A stretch of DNA of 64,000 nucleotides from assembly GCA_951406725.2 (NCBI GenBank), contig OX597818.1, positions 92,752,001 through 92,816,000 on the forward strand, in the 5' to 3' direction. This DNA is from Octopus vulgaris (lineage: Eukaryota). A program made the position numbers and the translations under genes. Under the pieces are notes generated by a model that did no database searches, had not been told where the DNA came from, and saw only the letters and a list, made by a program, of their open reading frames with translations. Numbering within the stretch: the stretch's first letter is position 1; the number at the start of each line of letters is the position of its first letter. This document shows positions 26,701 through 40,700 of the stretch, in pieces.

Positions 26701-29191
26701 CTATATGGTTAATTTGTAGGAGTTTTGACTGTTATTACTAGTTAATAAGCTAATTGCGTAGACACTCCTTAGTTGGATTGTTACTGCCCAGTATATTTAC
26801 GTAATGATTTACAATCTCTCACAGTTTGGCAAGTTCCAAAGCTACACTTCTGCTGATTAAATTAAACGGAACATGCTTAAAATTACCTCCCTTGTGAAAT
26901 TTAAAAATTCAGTTTTATTCAACTACCAAGTTTCAAATATAAGAATGACACAATTTACAGTATTCTTTAAGTAAGTTACTTTCAGATTGACATATGCTCG
27001 ACACCCTAACAAAATATGCCTATTTTGCACTTTTTCTCCTTGTTCTCTATAAGTGAGAAAGACAGAACATTATTTATGTCCATATAATTCTTTTTCCTAT
27101 GGTAAGGTGTTAAATGAGTTTTAAAAGTTAAACACTATCTTAAGGGTGGTATTTTGTCCAACCTCTTTTCAATCCTCACTAGCTCAGACCCCAGGTGGGG
27201 GAGCAGGTGTGGGGCCTGATCTTACTTGTGAGAAATGCTACTCTACATGGTTCTCTTTAAGTAGAGCCAATGAGGATTGAGTTCAACTAGTACATTAGTT
27301 TAGGACTCAGAAAGCTAAAGAAGGGTCGTAATTGTTTGCTGGATTTCCTTTCTAAACAAATAGATAAAGCTTAGGACTCTTGAATTTTGAAAACCTCTCA
27401 CCTCATGATGGGACCCAAAAATAGTTTTACTAAATTTTTCCAACATGTTAGAATTAATCAATTGGTTGACTCCAGAGTATTTTACCTCAGTGATATATTT
27501 CTGTTTTCGAAATTCACCTATTCTTATACAATATTGTATTTATTTATAGGGATTCACTCTCATTATTACTCCCCTTTGTACAGGCATAGGTATAGCTGTG
27601 ATTAAGAAATTCTCTTCCCCCAACCATGTAGTTTCAGGTTCGGTCCCAATTTGAGGTATCTTGTCTAAACACCACAAGCCATTTTGACTCAAACTCTACC
27701 AGTTCTTTCAATCCATCACCATTATATTAAAAATCATTGTGAAAAAAAGCCTGGTTTTGAATATTTACTCATCATTTGTGTAATTTCATACATAAATTTT
27801 CTATGAAAATACATAAATTTGTGCATCTATCAAAGACATTGGAAGGATCTGAAAAGATTTTACCTGAAAAAATGTTATTTATCAATTTATTTTTCCATAT
27901 AAGAAAAGAAGGTTGATTTATGGTTTTATTTTATTTCATATTTGTTTACTTTTTTAGGCTCTACAATTTTTACAAGGGTTGAAATCTGAAAGAGGCAGTG
28001 TTGAAGTTGAAACCTTAGAACAAGCCGATACCAGATCCTCTGTAAGTTTGTAGACTGATGATACTTTTGAAGATTATTTCATGATTATTTGACCATAAAC
28101 ATTCTACCAACAACTGTATATCTGTTCTCATCTGGTAACCAAAGTTAAACAATGTCAAATCTAGTTAGTAATTAGACAGACAGGTGACTGCTTATGTAAC
28201 ACTGGAAATGTTAGCTCTGTAAGAAATTATCATGAGGCTGTGGCATTATCAGAGATTTCTACCTCGTGAGCAGATGTGGTCACCTTTTGGTGAACATGTT
28301 TTCCCCTACTGCACATTGTCAATGACTGTAATTCTGTGTCAACTGATGATCAGCGCTAAATATCTGGTTCCTGGAATGTTGTATGACACTAGTGCTGGCA
28401 CTATGTAAAAGGCACCCAGTACACTTTGTAAAGTTGTTGGTTTTAGGAAGGGCATCTTGTCAAAGCAAACAGTAGAGCTTGATGCCGTCCTCTGGCTTGA
28501 CAGCACCTATCAAACCATTCAACCCATGATAGCATAGAAGGCAGATGTTAAATGATGATGAATAGCAGACAGGCTGAGCTGTGGGATTGAAACCAGAAAC
28601 ATGTAACTGCAAGGCATGCTTCTTAACCACTCACATGTTTATAATAATACTCTATATAAAAATTAGTACTGGGGTCGATACATTTCATTAAAAATTCTTC
28701 AGTGTAGTGCCCCAGCATGGGCACAGTCTAATGACAGAGACGAGTAAAATGGCAGTGAGCTGGCAGAAATGTTAGCATGCTGGGCGAAATGCTTAGCCAT
28801 ATTTCGTCTGCATTACGTTCTGAGTTCAAATTCCGCCAAGGTCAACTTTGTCTTTCATCCTTTCGGGGTTGATAAATTAAATACCATTTGCATACTGCAT
28901 TGATCTAATCGACTGCCCCCCACACCAAAAATTTCGAAACTTGTGCCTAGAGTAGAAAAGAAATGAGTAAAAAATAAAAGATGTCTGTGTGTGTATGTAA
29001 GATCCAATGTGTTTTAAGAATTTGGTGACCAATAATTATGTTTCCTTTTCTAGCATGATTTCTATGAGTCTCTTACTGATGAGGAACCCACTGATGTTGA
29101 TGCTCCTATTGAAGAAATTGAGAAGACACTTTACAGGTATTTTTATCATTATGCCATATAACCATATACACACTATGTGTGTGTATATATT

Positions 29192-29232
<41 letters not shown>

Positions 29233-30002
29233 GCGCATATATATATTCTCCCACTTGCAATAAATATCAAGTGCAAATAAACCAGCTGGAGATCTGGAGA
29301 TGTCCTTCTAGGGTTAAAAAAGCAGTATCCTCATCTCTTAGAGAACATCCACATTGAGTTGTTGACAGTGACTTCGAAGTTTCAGCCTGCTAAGCCATTG
29401 TTGGACTGTGGTGCTTTGAGTTTCAGCTAGCTAAGCTACCTTTGGAATGCAGTGCATCATCAGATTGTGGTGTCTATACATAGTCTCTGTTGAGTTAGTC
29501 ATCTGTGGGTGTTTGGGTTTGAATGAGGAAATGTTAAGGGAAGGAATTTTGGAGGCATTTTTTATTTGTTAGATTTTGGGGTTATGTTATTGTTTAGAAT
29601 TTATTAATGCATGAAGAACTTTGTAACCAAGCCTGTAGGTTTTTCTATTGTGAGGTAGGCATGAGGTGTGACAGTATTTTTATTGCTTTTGGTTTTGTTG
29701 GATTTAATCTTTTTGCTTTGGCAATATAAAGATCATAAGAATATTGTTAGGTGGTAAGTTTAAGCTGGTCCTGTCTTGTTGCCATTTAGGGTATTTGCTG
29801 TTTTCATTTGTAAGATTGGGGGGTTATTAAGAGATTATATGAAGGTAAGACTAACTCTAATGCACTGCAGCCTGACAATGGCTTAGTTGGCCAAAACTTC
29901 AAAGTCACTATCAATAATAATAAATTTGTACTATTGTAAAATTGTTTTCATTACAACTGTACATAAAAACATCTCTCTCTCTCTCTCTCTCTTTCTTTCT
30001 CT

Positions 30003-30043
<41 letters not shown>

Positions 30044-30238
30044 CTCTTTTACTTGTTTCAGTCATTTGACTGAAGCCATGCTGGAGCACCGCCTTTAGTT
30101 GAGCAAATCAACCCCAGGACTTATTCTTTGCAAGCCTAGTACTTATTCTATCAGTCTCTTTTGCCGAACCACTAAGTTACAGGGATGTAAACACGCCAGC
30201 ATCAGTTGTCAAGCGATGTTGGGGGAACAGGCACACAA

Positions 30239-30285
<47 letters not shown>

Positions 30286-31659
30286 CATATATACGACGGG
30301 CTTCTTTCAGTTTCTGTCTACCAAATCCACTCACAAGGCTTTGGTCGGCTCGAGGTTATAGTAGAAGACACTTGCCCAAGGTGCCACGCAGTGGGACTGA
30401 ACCTGGAACCATGTGGTTGGTAAGCAAGCTACTTATCACACAGCCACTCCTGCACCTATATATATATATTATATATATAAAGCACCATCCATACGTGGCC
30501 AATGCCAGCGCTGCCTTGACTAGCTTCCGTGTTGGTGGCACATAAAAAAGCACCAACCGATCATGGCCGTTGCCAGCCTTCCCTGGCACCTGTGCCAGTG
30601 GCACATAGAAAGCTCCCACTACACTCACAGAGGTTTGGGAAGGGCATCAAACTGTAGAAACACTGCCAGATCAGACTGGAGCTTGGTGCAGCCTTCTGGC
30701 TTCCCAGACCGCGGTCGAACCATCCAACCCATGCTAGCATGGAAAACAGATGTTAAACGATGATGATGAATGTTGAGCAATGCAAATGAGTGCTCAGCAC
30801 CACACTGGTAGATAAAATTTCTGCCATTTTGGAGATGAACACCATCCTGCCAAATGGTCAGCTTGAAAAGCTGTTAGGATATTACAATAGTTATCTTAAC
30901 GTGAAACCAATGGTAGCCTTAATACACAAATGCATATATTAGCATTGTTTTTAACATCTACTTTTCCATTCTTGCATGGATCAAATGGAGATTTTTGAGG
31001 CAGGTTTCCTATGGCCTGATACTATTCTGGTTGTCAGCCAGCACTTGTTTTCATAGTCTGAGATGTTTCCCACAAAAGACTGGAAATGAAAAACCTCACT
31101 TGTATAGTGGTGATGCTCGTTTACAGCTTTCGTGTGATGTCTAGACAAAGGTAGACACACACACACACACGCACGCACACAACTGACTTCTACATAGTTT
31201 CTATTTACAAAATTCACTCACAAGGCATTGGTCAGCCCAAGGCTATAGCGAAAGACACTTGCTAAAGATTCTACACAGTGTAACTGAACTCAAAACCATA
31301 TGGTCGTAAAGTGAGCTTCTTAACCACACATCCATACAAATGATATAAAGAATATACTTCGTCACTTTGCTTTTATCAATCAAAAAGTGTAACAGAGGCA
31401 GCTATAATAGGCATAACATCAACATGGTTGTTCTTTATAGATATCAACACCTCGTGGCACCTTCACTGTTCACTTTTCTGTTTTTCATTTTATTTTATGC
31501 GCAGGAGTGGTTATGTGGTAAGTAGCTTGCTAACCAACCACATGTTTCCGGGTTCAGTCCCACTGCATGGCATCTTGGGCAAGTGTCTTCTGCTATAGCC
31601 CTGGGCCAACCAAAGCCTTGTGAGTGGATTTGGTAGACGGAAACTGAAAGAAGCCTGTC

Positions 31660-31725
<66 letters not shown>

Positions 31726-34700
31726 GTTTCTGTGTTTGTCCCTCCAGCATTGCTTGACAACCGATGCTGGTGTGTTTACGTCTCTGTAACTTAGCTGTTC
31801 AGCAAAAGAGACTGATAGAATAAGTACTGGGCTTACAAAGAATAAGTCCTGGGGTCGATTTGCTCGACTAAAGGCGGTGCTCCAGCATGGCCACAGTCAA
31901 ATGACTGAAACAAGTAAAAGAATATAAAAGAGTAATACATACATTTTTGACAATCACTGCTTTCTTTCTTTACTTGCCTTACTATTGCTTCCTGTCTCTC
32001 CTTTTACTCTTTTCTGATAAGTTGTAGTGTACCTGCACACTGTATATCACAAGCTCATTATTTTCTTATTTCTCACCTTCCTTGTTTTAAATATAAAAAA
32101 AATTCACGAGTCCGTCTGATCAATAGAGAAGTGGTAACTAAACTTTCACTATTTTTACTGTTTAGATACACTGACAAGGAATTCCAGGAAGTGAAAGTTG
32201 GTGAATTCTCTAAAGCTGACTTGGCCACTGATGTAAGATATTGCTTTTGTTTTGTCTTTCTTTTTTTTTTATATATATTTTCTATATAGTTTTGTCATAA
32301 ATTTACTGTGCATACTATATTCAATGATACATTGGCTGGTTATTGCTAGCTATTAATACCCCAGGACTGAGATTTAGGAAATAAGGTGTACTATCACAAG
32401 TTACTAAAATTTGGAGGAGATTTATGTACTGCATCTATTAATGGGACCCTGGTCTGGGAGTCTCACGGTTTTGAGAAGTGTGGAACCACTTCCCAGATCT
32501 ACTCTAGCCTGGAGTAGAAGCACCTGTCAGGTCCCAACATTGATCAAATGGAGATTATTGAGGCAGGTTTCCAATAGCCTGATACTGTTCTTGTTGTAAC
32601 CACCAGGAACAGGGTACATCAAAATCATGGGATGCAGCAGGGTGGATGTGAACTATTTCAGCAGATGGACTTATTGAGTCAATGGCAAATATCAGTAGAT
32701 GCTAAGTGGATGAATAGACAACAAACTGTCAATAACTAGGATCAACCAGTTCAGTTATCCAATTACTGCTATTGTCTATAGTTGTGGTATGTCCAGATAT
32801 TTCACTTAGTAAAAGACCAATGTGATTAAATTTCATACCTTCAAAATCAAATTTGATGACTGGCATCTGTGCCAGCAAGGTGCCAAGCGCACCATTTGAG
32901 CATGATTGTTGACAGAGCAACTAACTGGCTTCCGTGCCGTGGCACATAAAAGGGCACCATTCGAGCATGATCGTTACCAGTGTTGCCTTACTGGCACCTG
33001 TGTAAAAAGATTCGAGCAAGGTCATTGCCAGTACCGCCTGACTGATCCCCGTGCCGGTGGCACGTAAAAAGCACCCACTACACTCTCGGAGTGGTTGGCA
33101 TTAGGAAGGGCATCCAGCTGTAGAAACTCTGCCAGATCAAGATTGGAGCCTGGTGCAGCCATCTGGTTCACCAGCCCTCAGTCAAAATCGTCTAACTCAT
33201 GCTAGCATGGAAAGCGGACGTTAAACGATGATGATGATAATGATGATGATTGTTCAATTGAGACAGCTGGTGTCTAGGTAAGCTACCTGACCAGGATGGA
33301 TGGCTGGATGGATGCACTGAGGAAAGATGAAGAATTGATTGATGGGTTCCATGAGAATAAAGGTCAACTTCAGAGTATTTGAAGAGGACAGCATCCATAT
33401 CTAAACCAGTCATTTGTAGGGTTTCACTGATCAAAGGTAATGTGTGTTTGTGCGTAGAGAGGGACATGCACTTTCGTGTGGGTGTATGTTAGTTAATATC
33501 TACTCACAAACATGTAGCAAAGTTGCAAGCAATGAATATGGTGGCCATATTACAGAGGGTGGAGGCGCATGGCTTAGTGGTTAGGGTGTCAGCATCATGA
33601 TCCTAAGATTGTGGTTTCGATTCCTGGACTGGGCGACGCATTGTGTTCTTGAGCAAAACACTTCATTTCACATTGCTCCAGTTCACTCAGCTGGCAAAAA
33701 TGAGTAATGCTGTGATGGACTGGCGTCCCGTCCAGCTGGAGAACACATACACCATGGAAACCGGGCCCATGAGCCTGGCTAGGCTTTAAAAGGGCGCATT
33801 AATTAAATTTTTTTATCTAATGGTTGAGGGAACCTGTGGAAGAGGCAGACCCAGGAAAACCTGGGACGAGGTGGTGAAGCACGACCTTCGAACTTTAGGT
33901 CTCACTGAGGAAATGACTAGAGACCGAGACCTTTGGAAGTATGCTGTGCGTGAGAAGACCCGGCAAGACAAGTGAGACCATAACCCGTGGCCTCTACCTG
34001 GGATGTAGCCAGTCCACTTATGCATACCTTTCCTTCTTGAGACACAAAACTCTACTTGTGAAGACCTCTTGAGGCAAGTGAAATCAAATCAAAAATCAAG
34101 ATCAAAATCAAAATCGATCAACATCAAAAACCATCTGAACGTGGCCGTTGCCAGTGCCACCAGACTGGCCTCCGTGCCAGTGGCACGTAAAAAGCACCAT
34201 CCAATCATGGCCGTTGCCAGCCTCGCCTGGCACGTAAAAGCACCCACTACACTCACCGAGTGGTTGGCGTTAGAAACTTTGCCAGATCAGACTGGGCCTG
34301 GTGCAGCCCTCTGGATTCCCTGACCCCAGTTGAACCGTCCAACCCATGCTAGCATGGAAAGCGGACGCTAAATGATGATGATGATCTACAGAGGAAGGGA
34401 AAAGAGTGTTGATAATAGAATTTTGTAAAATTGGTAGAAATTTCTCAGCAAGTAAGGCACAAAGACTGGCTACAAATGAAGTGTTGAGAAAAGCTACCAG
34501 CCATTCATGTATGAAAGCATCCATTGCTTTCCATCTAGCTATCTTACAGAAGTTTCAGCCTGAATAAGTGACTTTCTATTAGTTGATTTCCTCTTGGGAT
34601 TGTGAACTGTTTTTGTTTCACTCTTGTGCATCTGCATGTGGAATGCCTTAGAGTTTGCTGAATTATTGTACCAGAGATGTGAGGTGGTATATCTAAAGGA

Positions 34701-37700
34701 ACTAGTTTCCATCTATTTGTTTGTAACTTATTTATTAAGAGTGAAATCCTTTTGTCATGCATAGTTGATTGTACAACTGGTAGCTGACTTGGTGCAGGGC
34801 TTGTTATTGTGATATTGTATTTATTTGGCAGTAATTAGATGATTCTATTGGGCCAAAATAAAACTTGAATTTAGAAATAAAAAATGAATTAAAAGTTGTA
34901 AAGATAGTGAATTAGCCAGGGAAATTAATGACAAAGACTATCTTAAGGAGACAGATCTGGGTGGCCAACGATTTTACCTTTGTGTAATTCGTGTGTGCAG
35001 GACACAAAAGAGAGCCACGTGGAGTTGTATACACCACTCATTGTTTTCTTTCTTCCATTCATGCTTGCTCTCTTTTAGTAAGCAACATCCTCATTTTTCT
35101 AACATGGACTAGTTCCAGTAGGGAGATGAATGAAGCTCTGTTACAGTGGAGAGAGCTGAGTTTGTCAGTTCCTGTTACAGTTGAGGATAGATGGAAGCAG
35201 AGAGTATGGGACAATTTGCACTCATTACCACTTTCAACTCTCTCCTTAATCAATCTGATCAATTTTCAAGGGGTCACTTACTTTCTGCTAGTGCAAAATT
35301 CTCAGGGGACTGGATTGATGCCTTACCTGTGGCCAACATTGGTGGTCATCTCCGTTTAAATGAGCTCCACATCTCCATTACACTCAGAATGAGAGTTGGC
35401 ATCTGAGGGGAACTGAGATATCACTGTGGTAGGCCCCTTGACTCCACAGATCTTCACAGTTAGTCTTGTCACCTTAATGCTGATTGTTTCACTCATCACA
35501 CCAAGCTAAACAACCATTAGGTAGGCCCTGGCTTGGGTTAATATCCCCTCGGTTCTGGAGCCAATGGGATTATCCAGAAGTGAAGGTAAAAGACCATATG
35601 GTCTTACCCTTTGACCCTGGGTAAGGAGGTAGGTGCTTCATCTGGGATATTGCAGACTGTGATTCCTTTGCTCCCTCCCATATCCCAGATACTGCAGTAA
35701 ATGGGTGGGTCACTCCTGTAACTGAATGGAACGAAATCATTGAGTGTGCTTGGCTGTTCCAATGCCTTAGCCTCACCATTACCTGTGGTAATGCCATGAG
35801 CACACCAGCTTGTTTCAGTGGGTTCCATTGAACCTTGTGCTGTGTGACTAATTGAGGCACTGTTGGATCAATGTTTTTTTTCCCTTTCTATCTTTCCCTT
35901 TTATTTTTGGCTTTTCTGTTATTTCACTTTTTTCTTTTTTTCTTGTTCCTTTTTTTCCATATTTTTCTCATGGTTTCAGATTTATATTAATGTTTCGTTT
36001 TGGGGTTTGGTTTGCAAGATTCTTTATATGAGTTCATGTGTTGAAGCATATTCTGTTGTTTCTGGGGAGAGTCATTTTCTTTTTGTACCTTATAATGTAA
36101 CACACTCACCGGTAAAATTTCCACTTTTTTCTTATTTTTATTTTCCTAAAATTTTTGTTGCATCTTGCAACCTTTTCAATAGTTTTCAAAACTATTGAAA
36201 AGGTTGCAAGACACAATGAAACTTATATCATAAGCACAAAAAGAAAATGACTCTCCCCAGACACAATAGAATATTTAATATTATATAATAATAATAATAA
36301 TAATAATAATTGTGTACAGTGCTCAGGTGCACTACAACTCATCTAAAGTGTATATATAATCAGGTGTAGTTTCGGCGGATTTCGGAAAGCATGAGGGCCT
36401 TAAAAGATGCAGTGTCATGGCAGTCAACAACTGACGCAGGCAGTTTATTCCATGCTTCAGCAACTCTGAGCGTGAAAAAATGTTTCCGAAAGTCATGGGA
36501 GCTGTGTTGTTTTCTGACTTTGTAGGCATGTCCACGTGTGTTAGACACATGGAGATCAAAAAGGTGTTCAGTGTTGTTGTTGGTGAAGTGGTTGATAACT
36601 TTGTGGGTGTTTACCAAGTCCGTCGCCAGAGCTTCAGTGAATCCATGCCCAGGGAAACAAGGTGCTCAGAATATGGTAGGTGTCTGATGGAGGGTATGCG
36701 TTTGGTTGCACGTCTCTGGACAGATTCCAGGAGGTCAATGTTCTGAGCAAGATAGGGGTTCCAAACTGATGATGCGAATTCCAAGTGTGGTCGTACCATA
36801 GCTGTATACAGTTTTAAATAGATGGCTGGAGAGCGGCTAACAAAAGTCTTGCTGAGTGATGCCAAGACACCCTCGGCCTTCTTGACAGTTTTAGAGCTAT
36901 GCTTTGTCCAACGCAAATCACTACTGACAGTGATGCCTAGGTCACGCTTGCAAGAGGATTTCTTGATATCAGTGTTGTGGAGGGAGTATGTGGACGCAGG
37001 GTTTTTTCTCCCAAAATGCATGGTGGTACACTTGTCCACAGCCAGTTTCAGTTGCCAGTCTGTGATCCATTGCTGCATTGTGTCTAGGTCTGATTGCAGG
37101 AAAGAGTTGTAGACATCAGGATCTGTCCTCTTGATTTCAAGGTACAGCTTGATGTCGTCTGCATATTTCAATACTGTGGCATTCTTTAAATTGGCATCTA
37201 TGTCATTAATGTATGCGACAAACAAGAGGGGACCAAGGACAGATCCCTGTGGTACACCCGATGACATCTCATATGGTGTAGAATGCTGTCCTAGAACTAT
37301 GACTACCTCCTTTCGGCTGAGAATGAAAGATTTCAACCAGTTAAAAAGGTCATCCCTCACACCCATTGCAGAGAGTTTCACCATAAGCCTTTTGTGTGGC
37401 ACAGAGTTGAAAGCCTTAGCAAAGTCAAGGTAGACAACATCCACCCATGAGCCACTGTCAGTGATCTGAGTAATGTCCTCAAGGAACTTGACAAGCTGAT
37501 CACTGCAGCTGGAGTTAGGGACAAATCCATATTGTGAGGGTCGGATGAGACTGTGAGAGCTCCAGAAGTTCCAGAGTGTTTCTCTGATGCACGATTCCAT
37601 CAGTTTTGCAATACAGCTAGTGAGACTGACTGGGCGATAGTTGACAGGTGATGTGCGGTCGCCCTTTTTGAACAGAGGAATGACACTGGCAGTTTTCCAC

Positions 37701-40700
37701 TGCTCCGGAGTAGCACCATTGTTGAGATAGTACTGGAAGAAAATAGAAAGCTGGTGTAAAAGGATGTACCTGCCACGTTTGAGAAGCAGGTATGTAACTC
37801 CATCGAGACCAGGGGAGGCGTAGTTGCGCTTATTTTGAAGGTGACGTCGCAGCATTGCAGGTGTAAATTCCATAGTTGTTATGGAATTTGCTGTTAGTGA
37901 TGGTGAAGATGGTACATTTTGACTTTCAACAATGAATATGTTTGCATAGCACTCAGCAATGAGTTCTGCGCATTCCTTGGGGTCGTCAGTGATCTGGTTT
38001 GTGTGAGGGTTGCGAAGAGGGCCCACTGGAGAGTGAGGTCTCTGCTTTGAATGCACATATTTTTAGAAAACCTTGCTGTCAGGATTGGCTGCTATGCACT
38101 GTTCAAATTCAAGCACTGCTTTTTTTGTCACTTGCTTGAGATGGTTGGAAGATTTATTCCGCTTCTTCCTGTTGGTGTCTGATTTATGCAACTTGTATTC
38201 CCGTTCAGCAGTCCGACGTTCCTTCCTGGCAAGTCGGACCGCTGAAGTTTCCCAAATTGCCCTTTTGGGGCGGTTCTTCTTTTTCTGTTTACGTGGCACT
38301 GATGCTGCACATGCTGCCCATATTGAGTCCAGGATACTCTGGAGTATAGTATTCACATCTCCAGAGTTGTAGAATTCACGCCAGTTTGGGTGCTGTAGTT
38401 CAGTGTGGTACAGGTTCCAATCTGCTCTCTTCCAATCAAAGGAAGCAGATTGGAGATGGTTCAGGTTTTTGTTGCCCGCAAGAGCCAGATTGGCGATGAT
38501 CATAGCATGATCAGAGTCACCTAGAGGTTCCTCCGTAGTGCAATTGATAACCGCTTCAGGAGTTGTGGTGAAGAGCAGGTCCAAGGTGTTGTCGCCTCTT
38601 GTTGGAGAGGTGACTACTTGTGACCAGTTTGAGTCCAGTACAAGCTCATTGTTTTGTATTATAAATGTATCATATACATATGTCATATTCCAATAAAAGT
38701 AGCACTGGCAACATACATATATATATTTGTGTGTGTGTGACTAGTAAACTAAATACAATTTACTATACACAACCACTTCCACTCCATTTGTTGTTGTGCT
38801 ACATGGCATATTTATGTCAAGTAGTTAACAATACAATAACCACTTCAAATAAGTTGTAGAAACATGATTAGTAGTATTGAGTTAGATGCTATATATCCAT
38901 CCAGTAATATAGGACATTAAATTTTCTTGTATGTCTTATTTCTATATTACTAATAATAATCACAATAAATGAATTAGCCATGGTATAAGCATGCGGCCTA
39001 GAGGTTAAGGTATTCAGTTTATGATCATGAGTTCAATTAGTGGATTGGATGGCATGTGTCCTTGAATATAAAACACATTATTTCACTTTGCTCCATTTCT
39101 ACTCAGTTGTAAATGAGTACCAGCTGCATGCTGGTGTAACTCTGTCTCTCTGCTGTCAGGCCCACAATGGAGTACTGTTCCCATATCAAGGATGGTGTTG
39201 TTACTACACACGCCAACATCGTGGGCAACATTCAGAGGAGGGCCACTCGACAGATTAGTATTCAATCACTATCAGATATGCTCCAACCTCTGGCCCACAT
39301 GTGTACTTGCTTCCTCTCTCAGTCTTTTCTGTTGATATAGTAATATTCTGTTCCTCAGAGTTGGCTGCTCTCATACCTCCTCCATGCAGGAATCCCACCA
39401 ACACATCACTTGACCTTTTGTCACCCTTGTTGCCGCTAGGGCTTTGCACTAACCACTACATTCAGTCCTTTCTCCCCAGGAAATTAACCTTTTGGATAAT
39501 GTCCAGCTCATGTACTTTTTTCTGGTGTTAACCTGTAACAGTTTAAACAACATTAATAGCATCAAGTTCACTAATTGCTAAGGGCTTGCAAAGCTTATGG
39601 GCACTGCCCTTTCCTCTAGACTCAGCAAGTTAAAAAAAATAATCTAGAAGCACCCAACAACCAGGTAGTTAGGTGACTGGACTCCCCATTTCAATTAAAA
39701 TGTAATTCTATAGAAATTCAATTTATTTATACTAAATTCATTAAATATTTATCCCTTTCTGCAGGATGTGTTCCTTGTTTATAATGGTAAAAATGCTATT
39801 GTCTGGGTTGGTGAAACTGCTTCACCTTCAGAGAAAAAGAATGGCATCCCCTATGCTCATGTAAGTATATGCATTTATTTCATATTTGCCAGAATTTTCT
39901 AAATTGATCATGATTATCATCGTTTTATCATCTGTTTTCCCATGCTTGCTTGGAAATAGATGGAATTCATTGAGGCAGATTTTCTACAGCCTGATGACTT
40001 TCCTGTCAGCAACCCACACTTTTTTTAAAAAGCAAGATAATATTCCCTCATGACTCAGCTTATTTTCATGGAATATTGTAAATGAATGGTACCATTTGTA
40101 TGACTGACACTCATTTACATGTATCAGATGTTGTCAAAAAGAAGATGTGGAAATACCTCACCACATATATATATATATATGTATACTTTATTTAAAGCAG
40201 CAGAAAATTCAGCAAAATCTGTTACTCTGAGTTTCTCGTTGCCGTTCATCAGACAGTTTTTGCTAGAATGGAACCGATATATCAATTCAATCTAGACTCT
40301 TACAAACGCTACACCTTTAAAAAAAATGGACTTGTTTGATTGGCCCTTTAGAAATAACGGTCAATCTTCGAGCGATAAACAAAAAAAGCTCAAAAATATA
40401 TGTATATATATATAAAAAATTATAAAAATTATAAAATTCGAGGAAAAAAACCTTACATTGAATAAAATACATATTGACGTTAATGAAGAAAATATAATTA
40501 ATGCATAGAAACTAAAACCTATTATAAATATTGCACTGCAATACATATTTATATTAAAGTGTACATATATATATCAACATACACAGAAGGATGCGTGCAA
40601 ACGCCATACATATACAGACGTATAAATATAAATCTAAAATATATACATAAATGCATGCGTACATATATGCACGCAAGTTAAAATCATCAATGTAGCGATT

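Noticed and set aside
34540-34590. Additional hammerhead (minus strand GGCTGAAACTT..AAG)
   Set aside because: The core and stem I are too degenerate to support.
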